The notes under the pieces are model-generated. The model did no database searches. It was not told where the DNA came from and saw only the letters and a program-made list of their open reading frames with translations. A DNA stretch of 64,000 nucleotides from Octopus vulgaris (lineage: Eukaryota): assembly GCA_951406725.2 (NCBI GenBank), contig OX597829.1, positions 34,162,001 through 34,226,000 of the forward strand, given 5' to 3'. Made by a program: the position numbers and the translations under genes. This document shows positions 12,190 through 24,640 of the stretch, piece after piece. How positions within the stretch are numbered: the stretch's first letter is position 1; each line of letters opens with the position of its first letter.

Positions 12190-14970
12190 AAACCTATCAT
12201 ATACCTCTTAGTTTAAAATCAGTGCATAGTTTTGAATGTCCTAGAGCATAAATATTCCTTTAATTAATACAGAGTATTAGTCATCATAGATACTAGCTAA
12301 ATAAGTAAATAAACAATTTTTAGTTGCTTTTAGATAAACCTAAATTTTTGTACCCCTATAAATTCATACTTAGCTTATATAAAACAATAGGGGTGTCTTC
12401 TCAACTTTAAATTAAACTGCTTAAATTATAATTTAATTAATTTATAATTAATTAGTTCTTTCACCTCAATGCTAAATCTTCTTGATAACCCAAAATTTTA
12501 ACTTTATACGATATGGCTATATTGCTTAAAATAGTTTTTAGAAATTAATTTATTATCCCTTTCTTAAAGGGTTCCATCCTCCTGATCTTAGTATTTATAT
12601 TAGCTTTTATACAAGCAGCCCTTCTAATTAAGTACCCCTAAGAAACTGTAATATCATGTACAGATCAACACTAATAACTTTTAAAACCTATACTATATTA
12701 TATCTCTTCATTTAAAATTAGTGTATAATTAGCATGTTCTTTTAAATGACAATATTCTTTTAACCAATACTGGGTATCAGTCTTGATTGTAATAAGCTAA
12801 ATAAGTTAATAAACAATTTTTAGTTCACAATACTTAAATTATTATACAGTTTCTATAAATCTTCTCCATTGAAGTTAATTAGTTATATATTCTTTGTAAT
12901 GGTTTTAGTGATTAGGCTATCTTTCTTCCTTTTCTATGGTGCACCACCCCACCTGATCATTTTATTATTTTATAGTAGCCTTTAACAAATCTAATCTTTG
13001 TACAACTATTTAAAGCATACTCAGCTTATATAAAACAATACCGGTATCTCCGCAACTTAAAATAATTCAATTTAATTAAATTAGTATATGGTTAACATGT
13101 TCTTTAGCTTCAGTTGCTCCTTTATTAAATACCAATTAATTTTTCAATTGATCAATCTCCAGATACCATCTAAGTTTATATTTAGATAAATAATAAGTAT
13201 AAATACTAAACAATTTCTATGTAATTTCCTTTCTCTATCTATTGTAAAATTTGGTATATACTCAAAAGTATTTATAGAAGTTTTACCCTTTTGTTATAAT
13301 ATCATTTTTAATAATCTTCTTGACTACCCTAAATTTTAACTTTATACAATATGGCAATATTGTTTGAAATGATCTTTAGAAGTTACTTGATTTAACTCTC
13401 CGTTATATAAGTAGCCCTTCTAATTAAATATCCCTAAGAAACTAAAAATATGTATAGAGTTACAATAATAACTTCTAAAACTTATAATATATCCCTTAGT
13501 TTTAAAAAATTTGTGTAAAATTAGAATGTCGCATAACAAATATTCCCATAGCTAATACCAGGTATCAGTCTTTATTGATACTAGCTATATAAGTAAATAT
13601 ACAATTTTTAGTTTAGTATATTTTGAATTATACATTTTCTATACATCTTCTCTATTGTGGTTAATAAGCCACATATACTTTATCATGGTTTTAGTGATTA
13701 ACCCTTTCGTTACTATATTTCTGACCAAAATACACCCCTTATGTGTTTCAATTAATTTCTAACATAATCATAAATTTAGTCTGGTTTCATTAAACAACTA
13801 TAACTTTTTTATTTATCAATATATTAACGGGAATTTTGGAAGATAATTTAATGAAATGTTCTCAACCAATTCTATACTATAATTTTTGTCACAAAGTGAC
13901 TCTAATTGCAGGTAGATACAGGTAAATTCAACAAAATATAAAATTATTAAAATTTTGTTCAAACATCGCTATAGAAAATGGGTTATTAGCTAATATTCAA
14001 TTGGGTATACAACAAAATTTTACGATAGAATTTTTTATTCTGGGTAACTTTCTGATACCCATAATAATATTTATGGCAAAATAGTTTTAATTTCATTTAA
14101 GGTTGTGGGAAACCACTAACTATCCTTTCTTTCGCTTTGTTTACATTTAGCGTAACGGTTCATTTCCACCGTAATGATTTCAAATAGGCTCATTCGAAAA
14201 AGTAAAAAGAAATAGTCTAAGGCTTTACTCTCTTGGGAAAGTCTGTGGCTTGGTCCAGTTTCTTCAGAAAAATCACCGAAAGAAACAGTTTTAAAATTTT
14301 CACTCCATTCAGGTGCCAATTCATTTTCTTTATCGCTGTCGGAGCTCTCGGATTCACTGTTTTCACTTTCGGAAAATGAAACATCAGATTCATTATCAAA
14401 TACCATATGCTTTTTTTTTTCAGTCATAGAGTTAGATTTATGAAGGTCTTCAGTAGAAAATCCTTCAAATTCTGACTCACTGCTTGATATAATGAAATTC
14501 GTATCCATTTTTTGTCAGAATTACAAATTTTGAAAACACAATAGGAACAAATTTCGGAAAAAAATCTCCCAAAATTCACGGAATTAAAATTACACTTCGA
14601 TTTTTGTACAAAACTGTAGTTGAACTCTTTACGAAGTATAATACGTATTTTCACGAATGTACTAAAGAGATTTGCTCTGATATTCTCATTTAAATATGAA
14701 TAGGTAAATTCGGGCGGCTTGGTCACATTAACCAAAATTTTTTTCGGGCGGTTTGGTAACGAAAGGGTTAAGCTATTTTGTTCCTCTTCTATGATGTTCT
14801 GCCCTATTTTATTTATTATTTTATAATAGCCTTTATTTATTTATAAAATAAATCTAATATCTGTACCTCTATAAATTCATACTTAGCTTATATATAACAA
14901 TTCTGGTATATTCACTACTTAAAATAAACTGCTTAGATCATAATTAAATTAATTCATAGTTAGCATGTTC
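12190..14970. repeat. Degenerate long-period tandem repeat (about 500-800-bp units), interrupted by a piggyBac
   Basis: Blocks such as agctaaataagtaaataaacaatttttagtt recur at about 12295, 12796 and 13583; cttagcttatataaaacaat recurs at about 12368, 13020 and 14882. Confidence 0.75.
13702..14767 (-). mobile_element. Internally deleted piggyBac transposon
   Basis: TTAA target duplication on both sides; TIR CCCTTTCGTTAC; ORF 14116-14508 is an acidic N-terminus plus LDYFFLLF...EMNRYA, the start of a piggyBac transposase. Confidence 0.92.
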
Positions 14971-16705
14971 TAAGATTACACGCCCTTCTCATTGGTCATT
15001 TGAAGTTTAGACAGTGTCACTAGACAACTAACTGGTGCTGGAGCTTACCGAGTATTTAAAATGAAATTTGGCAGGATGGTCAGTCGCCTGCTGACACTCG
15101 ATGCTGCATCGAAGAGGACAGGGAACAGAAGACAGAAGGAGAAAGAAGAAATGCACTCAACACCAGAGCTGAAGACACTTCTGAAAGTGGGGGCCCCGCC
15201 ACGTCGAAAACGGTAGAAGAGTAGGGACCGAAACCAGACGTGGTTCCTCCTGATGATGTCTTTAGCCACTGGATCCTATAAAGGAGCTGTTGAGGTAGCA
15301 AACCACGAAACATGGTTGTAATTTCTCAATGAATGAATGGTGAATAGGAAGGTGGATGCCCCTTCTCTCTATCTTTACTTCTACTCATCTATCTATCTAT
15401 CTATCCATCTACCTATATTTCTATTTATCCATCTCCATTGTCTTGGAACGCAAAAAAACAAACGTTTTCTAAACTAAACCCCAAAAAACCATGTTTTCTA
15501 TAAATGAATAAGCTGTTTGTACATTCATAAAATTGTATTTGAAAAATTCTAGAATGAAATGAAAGCGCTAAAAATAAGATATCAAAGGATTTGTTTCCAA
15601 AATTCTGACAACTTTTTATTTTCTCAATATTCAATTCTGTACATTACACCTAACACTCTATACATATCTCCTTGGATGTACAAGACGCCAGAATGAATGG
15701 AACACAATTCAAACTCACAGTTGAGAAACACCAAAAAATATAGAACTTCTCACAGAAATATCTAATAAGTTAAATTTACTTATTTCAAGACTAGATGCAA
15801 TCTTCACAAATACAGATAGAAGTGTGAATGATACCCATACTGAAGGTGCTCCAACAACAGAGACCTCAGCAGAATTTGAACTCAGAACATAAAAACAGAT
15901 GAAATACCGCTTCTAAAATACAAAATTTTGTCAAAAACATTAAGAATAAACCCTGTTCTATGTCACATATTCTACTGTATCAGAAGTTTGAAAGTGTTTA
16001 GTTAAAAAAAAAATTAAATAATCTGTATGTCAAAGTCAACCTCAGCAAAATTTGAACACAATAACATAAAGACAGATGATATACCATTAAGCATTTCACC
16101 CGGTGCACTAATATTTCTGCCAGCTCATTGTAAACATTCATTTTAGAAATATATTCTTTATTCTTAAGCGTTACACCCTTAATTGCTGACATGAAATTTC
16201 ATGACATTTTACCCCATAACTCTTTTTCTGCTAATTTTTGTTCAATGCAACTAGTGATTCTGAATTCGTCATGCATATTTCTATCATATAAGCCTAAGAA
16301 AATTATACTTTTAATTTAAAATTAAAATGTTTGTTACTTGAAGATGAATACCTGCCTTAGTGCCCCCATTGAGGTTGCAGATATTTTGATGTAACTTTTT
16401 TTCTACTGAATCAAATCTCAAACTATTTATGTCAAAGTGTAGCTGAGGAGGTGTCCTCTTTAAAACTATTAACAATTTGCAATATAGTTGAGAACTGAAT
16501 TAGTGGTGAAGCTTGGAAGCTGCTGTGATTGACGAACTCGTGAATTTAAGAATATATTCAACCACTGCTGTGGTTGAATAATATCCATATATACATGCAT
16601 ATATACATACATCTATACATATGCATCTATACATCTGTACAAATGCATGTATACATATACATCTATATATATATATATACATATATGTGCAGATATATAT
16701 ACACA

Positions 16706-16741
<36 letters not shown>

Positions 16742-16745
<4 letters not shown>

Positions 16746-18954
16746 TGAGGCCCAATGTTTAAAGGTCATACTTCACCATCTCGTCCCAGGTCTTCCTGGG
16801 TCTACCTCTTCCACAGGTTCCCTCAACTGCTAGGGTGTGGCACTTTTTCACACAGCTATCCTCACCATATGACCAAAGCAGCGCAAATGTCTCTCTTGCA
16901 CACATCTGATGCTTCTTAGGTCCAACCTTTCTCTCAAGGTACTTACAATCTATCGAGTATGAACACTGACATTACACATCAATCGGAGAATGCTGACTTC
17001 ATTCCTTGCAAGCTTACGCATGTCCTCAGCAGTCACAGCCCATGTTTCACTGCCATGTAGCATGGCTGTTTGTACACATGCGTCGTACAGTCTACCTTTT
17101 ACTCTGAGCGAGAGACCCTTTGTCACCAGCAGAGGTAAGAGCTCTCTGAACTTAGCGCAGACTATTCGTATTCTAGCAACTACACTTTCAGCGCACCCTC
17201 CCCCACTACTGACTTGATCACCTAGGTAACGGAAGCTATCAACTACTTCAAGTTTTTCTCCCTGGAATGTGGCAGAAGTTCTTCTCTGCACATTTTCAGT
17301 GTTATTTATAGCTCTTTCGTGAGGCTTGATGGTTATGACCCACTGCCCCCAATGGGTGTGTATACTTATGACTCTTTTCACTATGGGTGATCTCATTCGG
17401 TGCTGTTTAGGCTTGAGTTTCGTGTGAGGGCACTGGTGGTGTCCTATAGGAACATTACTGTGAGTGGCGTTTGTAGGTATATACACCTGTGGTGCCCTAT
17501 TGGAACATCGGCAGTGAGGTGGTGTGGTGGGTGGATGCACCATCGGGTTTGTCTGGTATGTTATGATTTGCCGGGGTTAACCTGGTAGATGGATTCACTG
17601 CCAGGCTTCACCCACATGGACACTACCTTGTTATGGTGAAAGAGCTTACATCCGTGCAGGTGCATACTAGTGGGTAGATGCTCTTGCGCGGACCAACTAT
17701 AAGTGTCCAGCCCCAACGCAGTTCCAATTATTTGGTGGGGGGCCATGCAGCACGTAGTTGATCATGGTTGAGAGGTGTGAGCATTTCTGTCTGTGGATGG
17801 CATGCGTCCGCTTTTCGGCCTTCTGGTTGTCCAAAATCAGCTTTCACTTGGGTGTAGTGTTGCGTTGGTGGCCCTTGGATTTGAATGACTGCATCCTAGT
17901 TCGCGAACAGTTCACCAGGGTGTAGATCATTTTTCAAGGATCATACATGCATTAGCCGCGAATGTGCGATTCGGTCGATATTTGGTTGAGATTGTTGTCT
18001 TTGGGCAGTTCTGGTTGTATATCAGAGTGGCCTCTTTCTAGAGTCTAATGAAACTCAATAGTCGACGACTGGTTTGCTACGACCCGTATTTATGGTGTAT
18101 GCAGAGACCCGTTGATTATGACCTGGTTTGGGTACAGGTGGATTCACCACTAGGGCTGTTTGGCGTGCTTAGCCCTGCTTGTGTTGGTGAGGCCCAATGT
18201 GCTATGACCTGCTGATTGCCAGCAGGCAGGTGGATTCGCCATTGGGCTCTACCGGTGTGTGAAACCTTACCGTCTCGAGGGGGCACTACTAGAATTTGCT
18301 CTGCTTAAATCACACTTCTAATAACGGGTGGATACGCTGCTGGTTTGGAGCCCTTCATAATCTGCACTCGGGTGCCTGTCTGGTTGGCTAGGAAAGTGGT
18401 TTGCCTGCTTTTCCCGAGGGATGGTACTTCGCCTTCTTAATCGTTTTGACCACGTGCTCATGGCAATTGCCTGCTTTGCAGTTTGATTAAACAACTATAA
18501 GTTTAAAAACACACGGTTTGTGGGTCTAAGGACGGGGCCCGCATACCAGGCTGAGGGTGCTGCCCCTCCACTTTTGGCCGATGATATACCTTCCCCTGGG
18601 GTGGATTACGGGCCATTTCCACTCTAGGTACATAAGTGCCCCGCCGACTTGAATAAAAACTAGATGTACCCATAGCTTACACTGGGTACATCTTATAGAG
18701 TTTCTACCTACGTCTTTTCTACAGATCGAGCAGGGCCATCTACCTGAAGGGATTTGTGGTTTGCCTGCCTTCCTACTTATTAGGACTTTGGTTTTAGCTA
18801 GGTTGACTCTAAGGTCATCGATTCTAATCCTTGTTTCCACACCTCAAACGTCTCCTCTAGTTCTGATAGTAACTCAGCAATTAGAGCAAGGTTGTCAGCA
18901 TAGAGGAGCTCCCAGGGGCATCCTGTCTTGAATTCCTCCGTCATTGCCTGGAGG

Positions 18955-18955
<1 letters not shown>
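16742..18955 (-). mobile_element. RTE LINE fragment split by a 1.35-kb unrelated insert (about 17315-18662)
   Basis: TEEFKTGCPWELLYADNL...CKLWVH at right and GEKLEVVDSFRYLGD...HGSETW at left; colinear with the RTE at 25243-27629. Confidence 0.9.
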
Positions 18956-18987
<32 letters not shown>

Positions 18988-19174
18988 CACACACACATAT
19001 ATATATACACCGCGAAACACGTGTCAAGAAGTTATTCTACCAAAGATATATGTTTTATTTACTATTTTGCACATTACTTAATTATCATTATATGTTTTAT
19101 CTTATATTTAATCTTTCTACAATACGTAATTTTTCTAAATGGTATCATTTAAGTTTTCATTATTGAATTGATAA

Positions 19175-19378
19175 AAGGTGTTGAGAATGATGGATGGTTG
19201 TAAAAATATATATTTATTTACATATCACATATTCTTTCTTCATATTAGCGCTTTCAACTACTCCTGTAGTTTCACTGGTGAAACTACAGGAGTAGTTGAA
19301 AGCGCTAATATGAAGAAATAATATGTGATATGTAAATAAATATATATTTTTACAACCATCCAGCATTCTGAACACCTT
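19175..19378. repeat. Near-perfect palindrome of about 100-bp arms centred on a hammerhead core
   Basis: Arms mirror about 19276/19277; the right arm reads CTGGTGA-aactacaggagtagtt-GAAAgcgcTA. Confidence 0.95.
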
Positions 19379-19447
19379 CTTCTTTCATATGTTTTAAATC
19401 TGTACATCACCCCCAATACTTCTAACATATATATACACACACACACA

Positions 19448-19499
<52 letters not shown>

Positions 19500-19691
19500 C
19501 ACATATATATATATATATACATCATATATATATATCTACACATCATATATATATATCTACACATCATATATATATATCTACACATCATATATATATATCT
19601 ACACATATATATATATATACATCATATATATATATCTACACATATATACACATTATATATATACATCATATATATACACTTTATATATTAT

Positions 19692-20697
19692 ATACAAAAT
19701 AAGAAAATGGAGAAATACATCCAAATCAAATATCAACTACCAGATAATACCCAATCACATACTTTATTAAACCACCACATAAGAAACTTTAAGGTCAAAC
19801 ATAATAATATAGAACAAAACAGTGTACATAAAGGAGTAATATGATACAATAAGTACAATATGTATAAGAGAATATAAATATAAACTACATCTTACAGCTG
19901 TTTCGGCCATGCAGATAAGTACGTCTCATTTTACTTATATTAGCCATTTGTGGCAGGTCAATATGTAGTTATAAATGAGACATTTACAAAAATATCCTAA
20001 GGCCTCTTCGGAGATTATGAAATACAAACCAAGTTACATATACACTTATATAAGTGTGGGTACATACCCATAATAAATGATATACATATACATATGAGTG
20101 CATATACTCATACTCCTATACATATACATAATAATATAAATCAATAAACATACATATGTTCCATATTCAATGTTACAGTTTTTCAACTTAATATTGTGAT
20201 ATTACAATGTAGAAAACATACACATATTAATACCTAAATGCAGATATACAGAGTCAAGAGTACATTATATTAATTCATATTAATTTACAAAATGTCATTA
20301 ATGTTAACATCATTACCATTATCATTACCACTAATGCTACCAATATCGTTATTCTTATTATTAATAACACTAATACTAGTAAAACAATATATAGATCCCA
20401 TTATTAGCAATATAGTAGCAAAACTAAGGACCACAATAGTACTACAGTACCATGCAAAGCATTAAATATCTGCATATACATACAAAATATGAAATAAAAG
20501 CATTCTGTTTACATGATATTAAGATCCACAAGTGCACAGATGTACATCCAAGTTCAAATTTATAATTTCAATTATTCTATATTATTATGTTTGACCTTAA
20601 AGTTTCTTATGTGGTGGTTTAATAAAGTATGTGATTGGGTATTATCTGGTAGTTGATATTTGATTTGGATGAATTTCTCCATTTTCTTATTTTGTAT
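19692..20697. mobile_element. Penelope-like remnant: 123-bp inverted repeats (19692-19814 and 20575-20697) enclosing a hammerhead
   Basis: Arms are nearly identical reverse complements; hammerhead at 19889-20015. Confidence 0.7.
19889..20015 (-). ncRNA. Type I hammerhead ribozyme motif (U4C variant, long loop II)
   Basis: Minus strand atct-CCGAAGA-ggcc...ggcc-GAAAC-agct-GTA-agat. Confidence 0.7.
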
Positions 20698-20866
20698 TAT
20701 GAATTTGTGGCAAAACATTTTACCTTTGCCCATATAATACAGTAAATGAATTAATTGCATCGCAATTCTTAACATTTATGTATTAACTTTGTTGGGTACT
20801 TTACTAGCAGTATATTGGATATATGTTATCCCATGGAGGGTTGCATTTACAACCCCTATCTCAATT

Positions 20867-20900
<34 letters not shown>

Positions 20901-20906
<6 letters not shown>

Positions 20907-21216
20907 GATTCAAAAGTTTCCATACATAGGAAAAATTAATTTTTTTAATAAGAAACTGTTTATAAGATCCCCTGATCTGGCCCCTTTTGATTTCTATCTT
21001 TGGGGACATTTGAAAGGCATGGGGTATCGCGGAAAGATAAAAGACATAAATCATTTGAAGGAACGAATCACCAGATGTGCTATTAGTAGTTCACAATGAG
21101 TGGGGTTAACGCATTGCAATGTGTATTCAAAAACGACCATGCGAAACTTCGCCAAAAAAAAACTGTTTCTTATAAAAAGATAGATTCCTATGTATGGCGA
21201 CTTTTGAATCACCCTG
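20901..21216 (+). mobile_element. Tc1/mariner deletion derivative
   Basis: TIR (C/T)AGGGTGATTCAAAAGT at both ends in TA context; internal RSPDLAPFDFYLWGHLK. Confidence 0.85.
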
Positions 21217-21220
21217 TATG

Positions 21221-21257
<37 letters not shown>

Positions 21258-21261
21258 TCAC

Positions 21262-21313
<52 letters not shown>

Positions 21314-21314
21314 G

Positions 21315-21991
21315 GGGCTAATGCAATTTCACACCTTTCCTTGAAAAATGCATCTTTTGGGGGGAAAAAAAACACTATCGGATTCCGGCGATAGCCATTC
21401 CGGGAATCTTTTGTTGATTTAGATGTCGGAGATTACGAATATACAAAAAGAAAATTTTCCCACCCTATTTAAAATTTTGAACTTTTTCGAAATTTTTTCC
21501 CCTACGATGACGGAGAATTCCGAATATGCAAGAAACCACGCTTTCAAAATTTTAAATTCAGTAAGCATATAAATATGTGTATGAAGAGATAGGGGCTAAC
21601 ACAGTCTCCTATAGAACCGCCGCATTTAGTTGACAAATATATTTTATGAATAAAACGGACAGGGATAAATAGACGGATAAATACATAAATAGATGAAAAA
21701 GTTCAAAATTTAAAATTGGTGGAGAGGGAGAAATTTGAGCCCCTTATTAAACTTTATAACATTAATTATTAAACATTAATGTTTGTTTCTCATAAAATGG
21801 CACATGTTCGTCAATTCGCTACGATCTCTTTAAAGCATACAAAATCAAAAATTTTAATAGGGAGTAGGGGAAAAATTAAAATATTTTTCTTTTGCACATT
21901 CGTAATGTCTGACATCTAAAACGTTGGAATTTGAAAACATTTTTTTCAAAAAATGCATTTTTCAAGGGGAGGGGCGAAACTGCATTAGCCC
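21315..21991. mobile_element. MITE / non-autonomous DNA transposon with long TIRs
   Basis: gggctaatgcaatttc..ccttgaaaaatgcat versus atgcatttttcaaggg..gaaactgcattagccc; superfamily not determined. Confidence 0.75.
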
Positions 21992-22049
21992 ATAATATGT
22001 GTGTAATATATATATACACACACATATATACATACACTATATATATATA

Positions 22050-22109
22050 TATATATGGCGTCAGGCACATACACACACCTATACCATATATATATATACA
22101 AATTCTATC

Positions 22110-22140
<31 letters not shown>

Positions 22141-22374
22141 GGCGTCACACATATATACATAAAAGACGAATCCACATTCAACCTTTGTACAACTGTATTA
22201 CATTATATATTTAAATATATATATATATGTCGTCACACATACACGCATATATATATGGCGTCACACACACACATATATATATATATATGGCGTCACACAC
22301 ACACACACATATATATATATATGGCGTCACACACACACACACATATATATATATATGGCGTCACACACACACAC

Positions 22375-22380
<6 letters not shown>
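22050..22380. repeat. Minisatellite (TA)n-TGGCGTCA-(CA)n, about 7 copies
   Basis: Core at about 22056, 22141, 22228, 22257, 22289, 22323 and 22357. Confidence 0.9.
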
Positions 22381-22415
<35 letters not shown>

Positions 22416-22442
22416 TATATATATAGATATATACATATTATG

Positions 22443-22545
22443 GGGAAGGTAAAGTTACGCACACCGGGTGTGTAAGGGTTAGGTGTTATGACTAGGGTTT
22501 AGGGTTACTGCGAAAACGGGTGGTGTGCGTATTCTTTACCTCCGC

Positions 22546-22548
<3 letters not shown>
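22443..22548. mobile_element. About 105-bp MITE-like element with telomere-like (TAGGGT) interior
   Basis: Ends aggtaaagttacgcaca / tgtgcgtattctttacct are imperfectly inverted; flanked by TA. Confidence 0.55.
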
Positions 22549-22595
<47 letters not shown>

Positions 22596-22665
22596 ATGTG
22601 TACAGCTTATATATCTAAAAATGTGCGTTTGTTTTTGCGTGTTGTAAACATACATTTGTATACAC

Positions 22666-22731
<66 letters not shown>

Positions 22732-22999
22732 CTATGTAGGTACACACACACTATATTTACGTATGTGTAAACGTTTCGGTTTACAAACGGACTAACGTAC
22801 GAGTGTGAAAGCAGCGCGCGTAATTTTGAGTTCTTTACATTAAATTCAGTATACATATGTGTTTGTGCGTGCGTGTGTGTGTATATATATATATATATGT
22901 ATATATAACGAAATTTAAATGTAAACTGTAATAAAATCTCATAATGAACGGGATATAACTACATTTCATCATAACAGGATGTATATAACGAATACTTAC

Positions 23000-23070
23000 G
23001 TTGTTAAAAGATCAATAAAATGATGAATGATTAAAATGAAATGGCGGCAAGTTAACCCGGAAGTTGGTAG
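23000..23070 (-). promoter_or_regulatory. NUP98: Putative promoter and non-coding exon 1 of the nucleoporin gene
   Basis: Donor gtaagt at 22999-22994; YY1-like GCCGCCATTT (about 23039-23048); ETS CCGGAAGT (23057-23064); local CpG enrichment. Linkage to the exon at 6330 is inferred. Confidence 0.6.
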
Positions 23071-23656
23071 TTTTTCCCCTTTATAGGACTCTTTTGTAAT
23101 TCTCCTGTGTGCTGCGTTGTAAAATAAATATTATTGTTCTGTTTGTTTGTTTACTTGTAATTCTTTTTGCATAGTACAGACAACTAAGTAACATCATTAG
23201 TAGATGTTGGAAAAGTAATATGGGAGGTTGAAGTATAGTATCAGAATAAAAAAAGGGGAACACTAAGAGAAATAACTAAAAGCACTTGTGAACATGCCAG
23301 AAGTAAAAAAAACAAGGGCGCATTCCTTCGTTTTAACTCGACGAATCAAAACAAACATTCGGTTGTTTCCGTGACAACTCGACAATTTACTTCGGATATC
23401 TTCGTGAGCTCCGTGACAGCTGCTTTTGTTTTGGTTCTTTTCGAGTTGAACAAGTAAAGGAAAGTAACACATGAGAAAAGCGAAAAATGAAACACCAGTA
23501 CATTATCTTGTATAATTTGATGCAAGTTATTCTGCGACGCTCCCATCTTTTCAGATAGTTTATCTCTTCTTACACTATAATATGACCGTCTGGAAAAAAA
23601 ACTTGCGTGTGGCTTCTCTTAGATTTAGGCAATATCTCTTTCGCGTAGGTGCCTTG

Positions 23657-24280
23657 GATCTTTTCGGTTTGAACGGCAGTTTTTTAAAATAATTTCCACG
23701 TAACTAAACACTTTTAAACTTCGTATACTGGTAGAATGTGTTTATAAAACATCTTTTCTCGGATCTTTTTGAACGGCCTTTTGTAACATAATTTCTAGGT
23801 AACTGAAAAGTTTTAAACTTCGTATACTGGTAGAATATGTATATAAAACATCATTTTTTCTTGGCTTTATTGAGAAAATTCTATATGTTGTAACATATTT
23901 CATCTTTAATTTCGAGCATTTCGGCAATTTTAACCAATCGCTGACGTCCATTTAGGTAAATAACATTCTGTGCATAATGAATATGTCCCTCCTTTAAGAA
24001 ACAGATTGGGTTTGTGAAGAAAAAAGATACCCTTCCCCCACCCCTAACCCTAAATCTAAAATAGATTGAAATGCAATAGATCGATACTAGGGTTATAATT
24101 ATGGGTGACAATTTCATACGACATTGCTACGGAAAATGGGATTTTTTTCTAGCGGTGTCAAATGAAAATGTCACCCATAATTATGGCCCTCGTATCGATC
24201 TATTGCATTTCAATCTATTTTAGATTTAGGGGTTGGGGAAGGGTATCTTTTTTTCCTTTTTAAGGAAAATGGATATCCCT
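23657..24280. mobile_element. Merlin-related non-autonomous element(s) with a head-to-head palindrome (about 24017-24255)
   Basis: 23690-23950 is similar to the 5' region of the Merlin element at 35600-35770; arms of about 115 bp mirror around 24138. Confidence 0.65.
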
Positions 24281-24640
24281 TTTTGGTAAAATATTCTACA
24301 AACACCTTTCAGCTGATTTAGACTACCATTATATCGGAATTTAATGTGAAAAGTAAGATTGTTGGTCATGCATACATATATACCAACATATATTACAATT
24401 TTTTTGTTTTTTAATTTTAAGTTCCATTTTGGAGATGTGTATCAGTATATATATGTGCAAGACCACCAGTTTTTTTTTTTTCCTATTAAATTCCGATATA
24501 ATAGTAATTTACACCATAGCTAAATCATCATCTATTAATTTGGATGATAGAAACATCATCATCATCATTTAACGTCCATTTTCCATGCTAGCATGGGTTG
24601 GACGGTTCGACCGGGGTTTGGGAAGCCAGGAGGCTGCACC

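Noticed and set aside
15150-15320. Cluster of CTGANGA-like and GAAA boxes
   Set aside because: Could not assemble consistent helices I-III by hand; not counted as hammerheads
17561-18250. SECIS elements (ATGA...GA hairpins)
   Set aside because: Stem register and apical AA do not fit SECIS; no selenoprotein ORF nearby
22050-22380. CRISPR-like repeat/spacer look
   Set aside because: Spacers are simple dinucleotide tracts; eukaryotic context; no cas genes
16500-22856. Many ORFs rich in YIYI/HTHT/CVCV
   Set aside because: Translations of (TA)n/(CA)n microsatellites, not genes
23041-23055. Plus-strand ATGGCGGCA as a start codon of a divergent gene
   Set aside because: Stops after 4 codons; better explained as a YY1 motif
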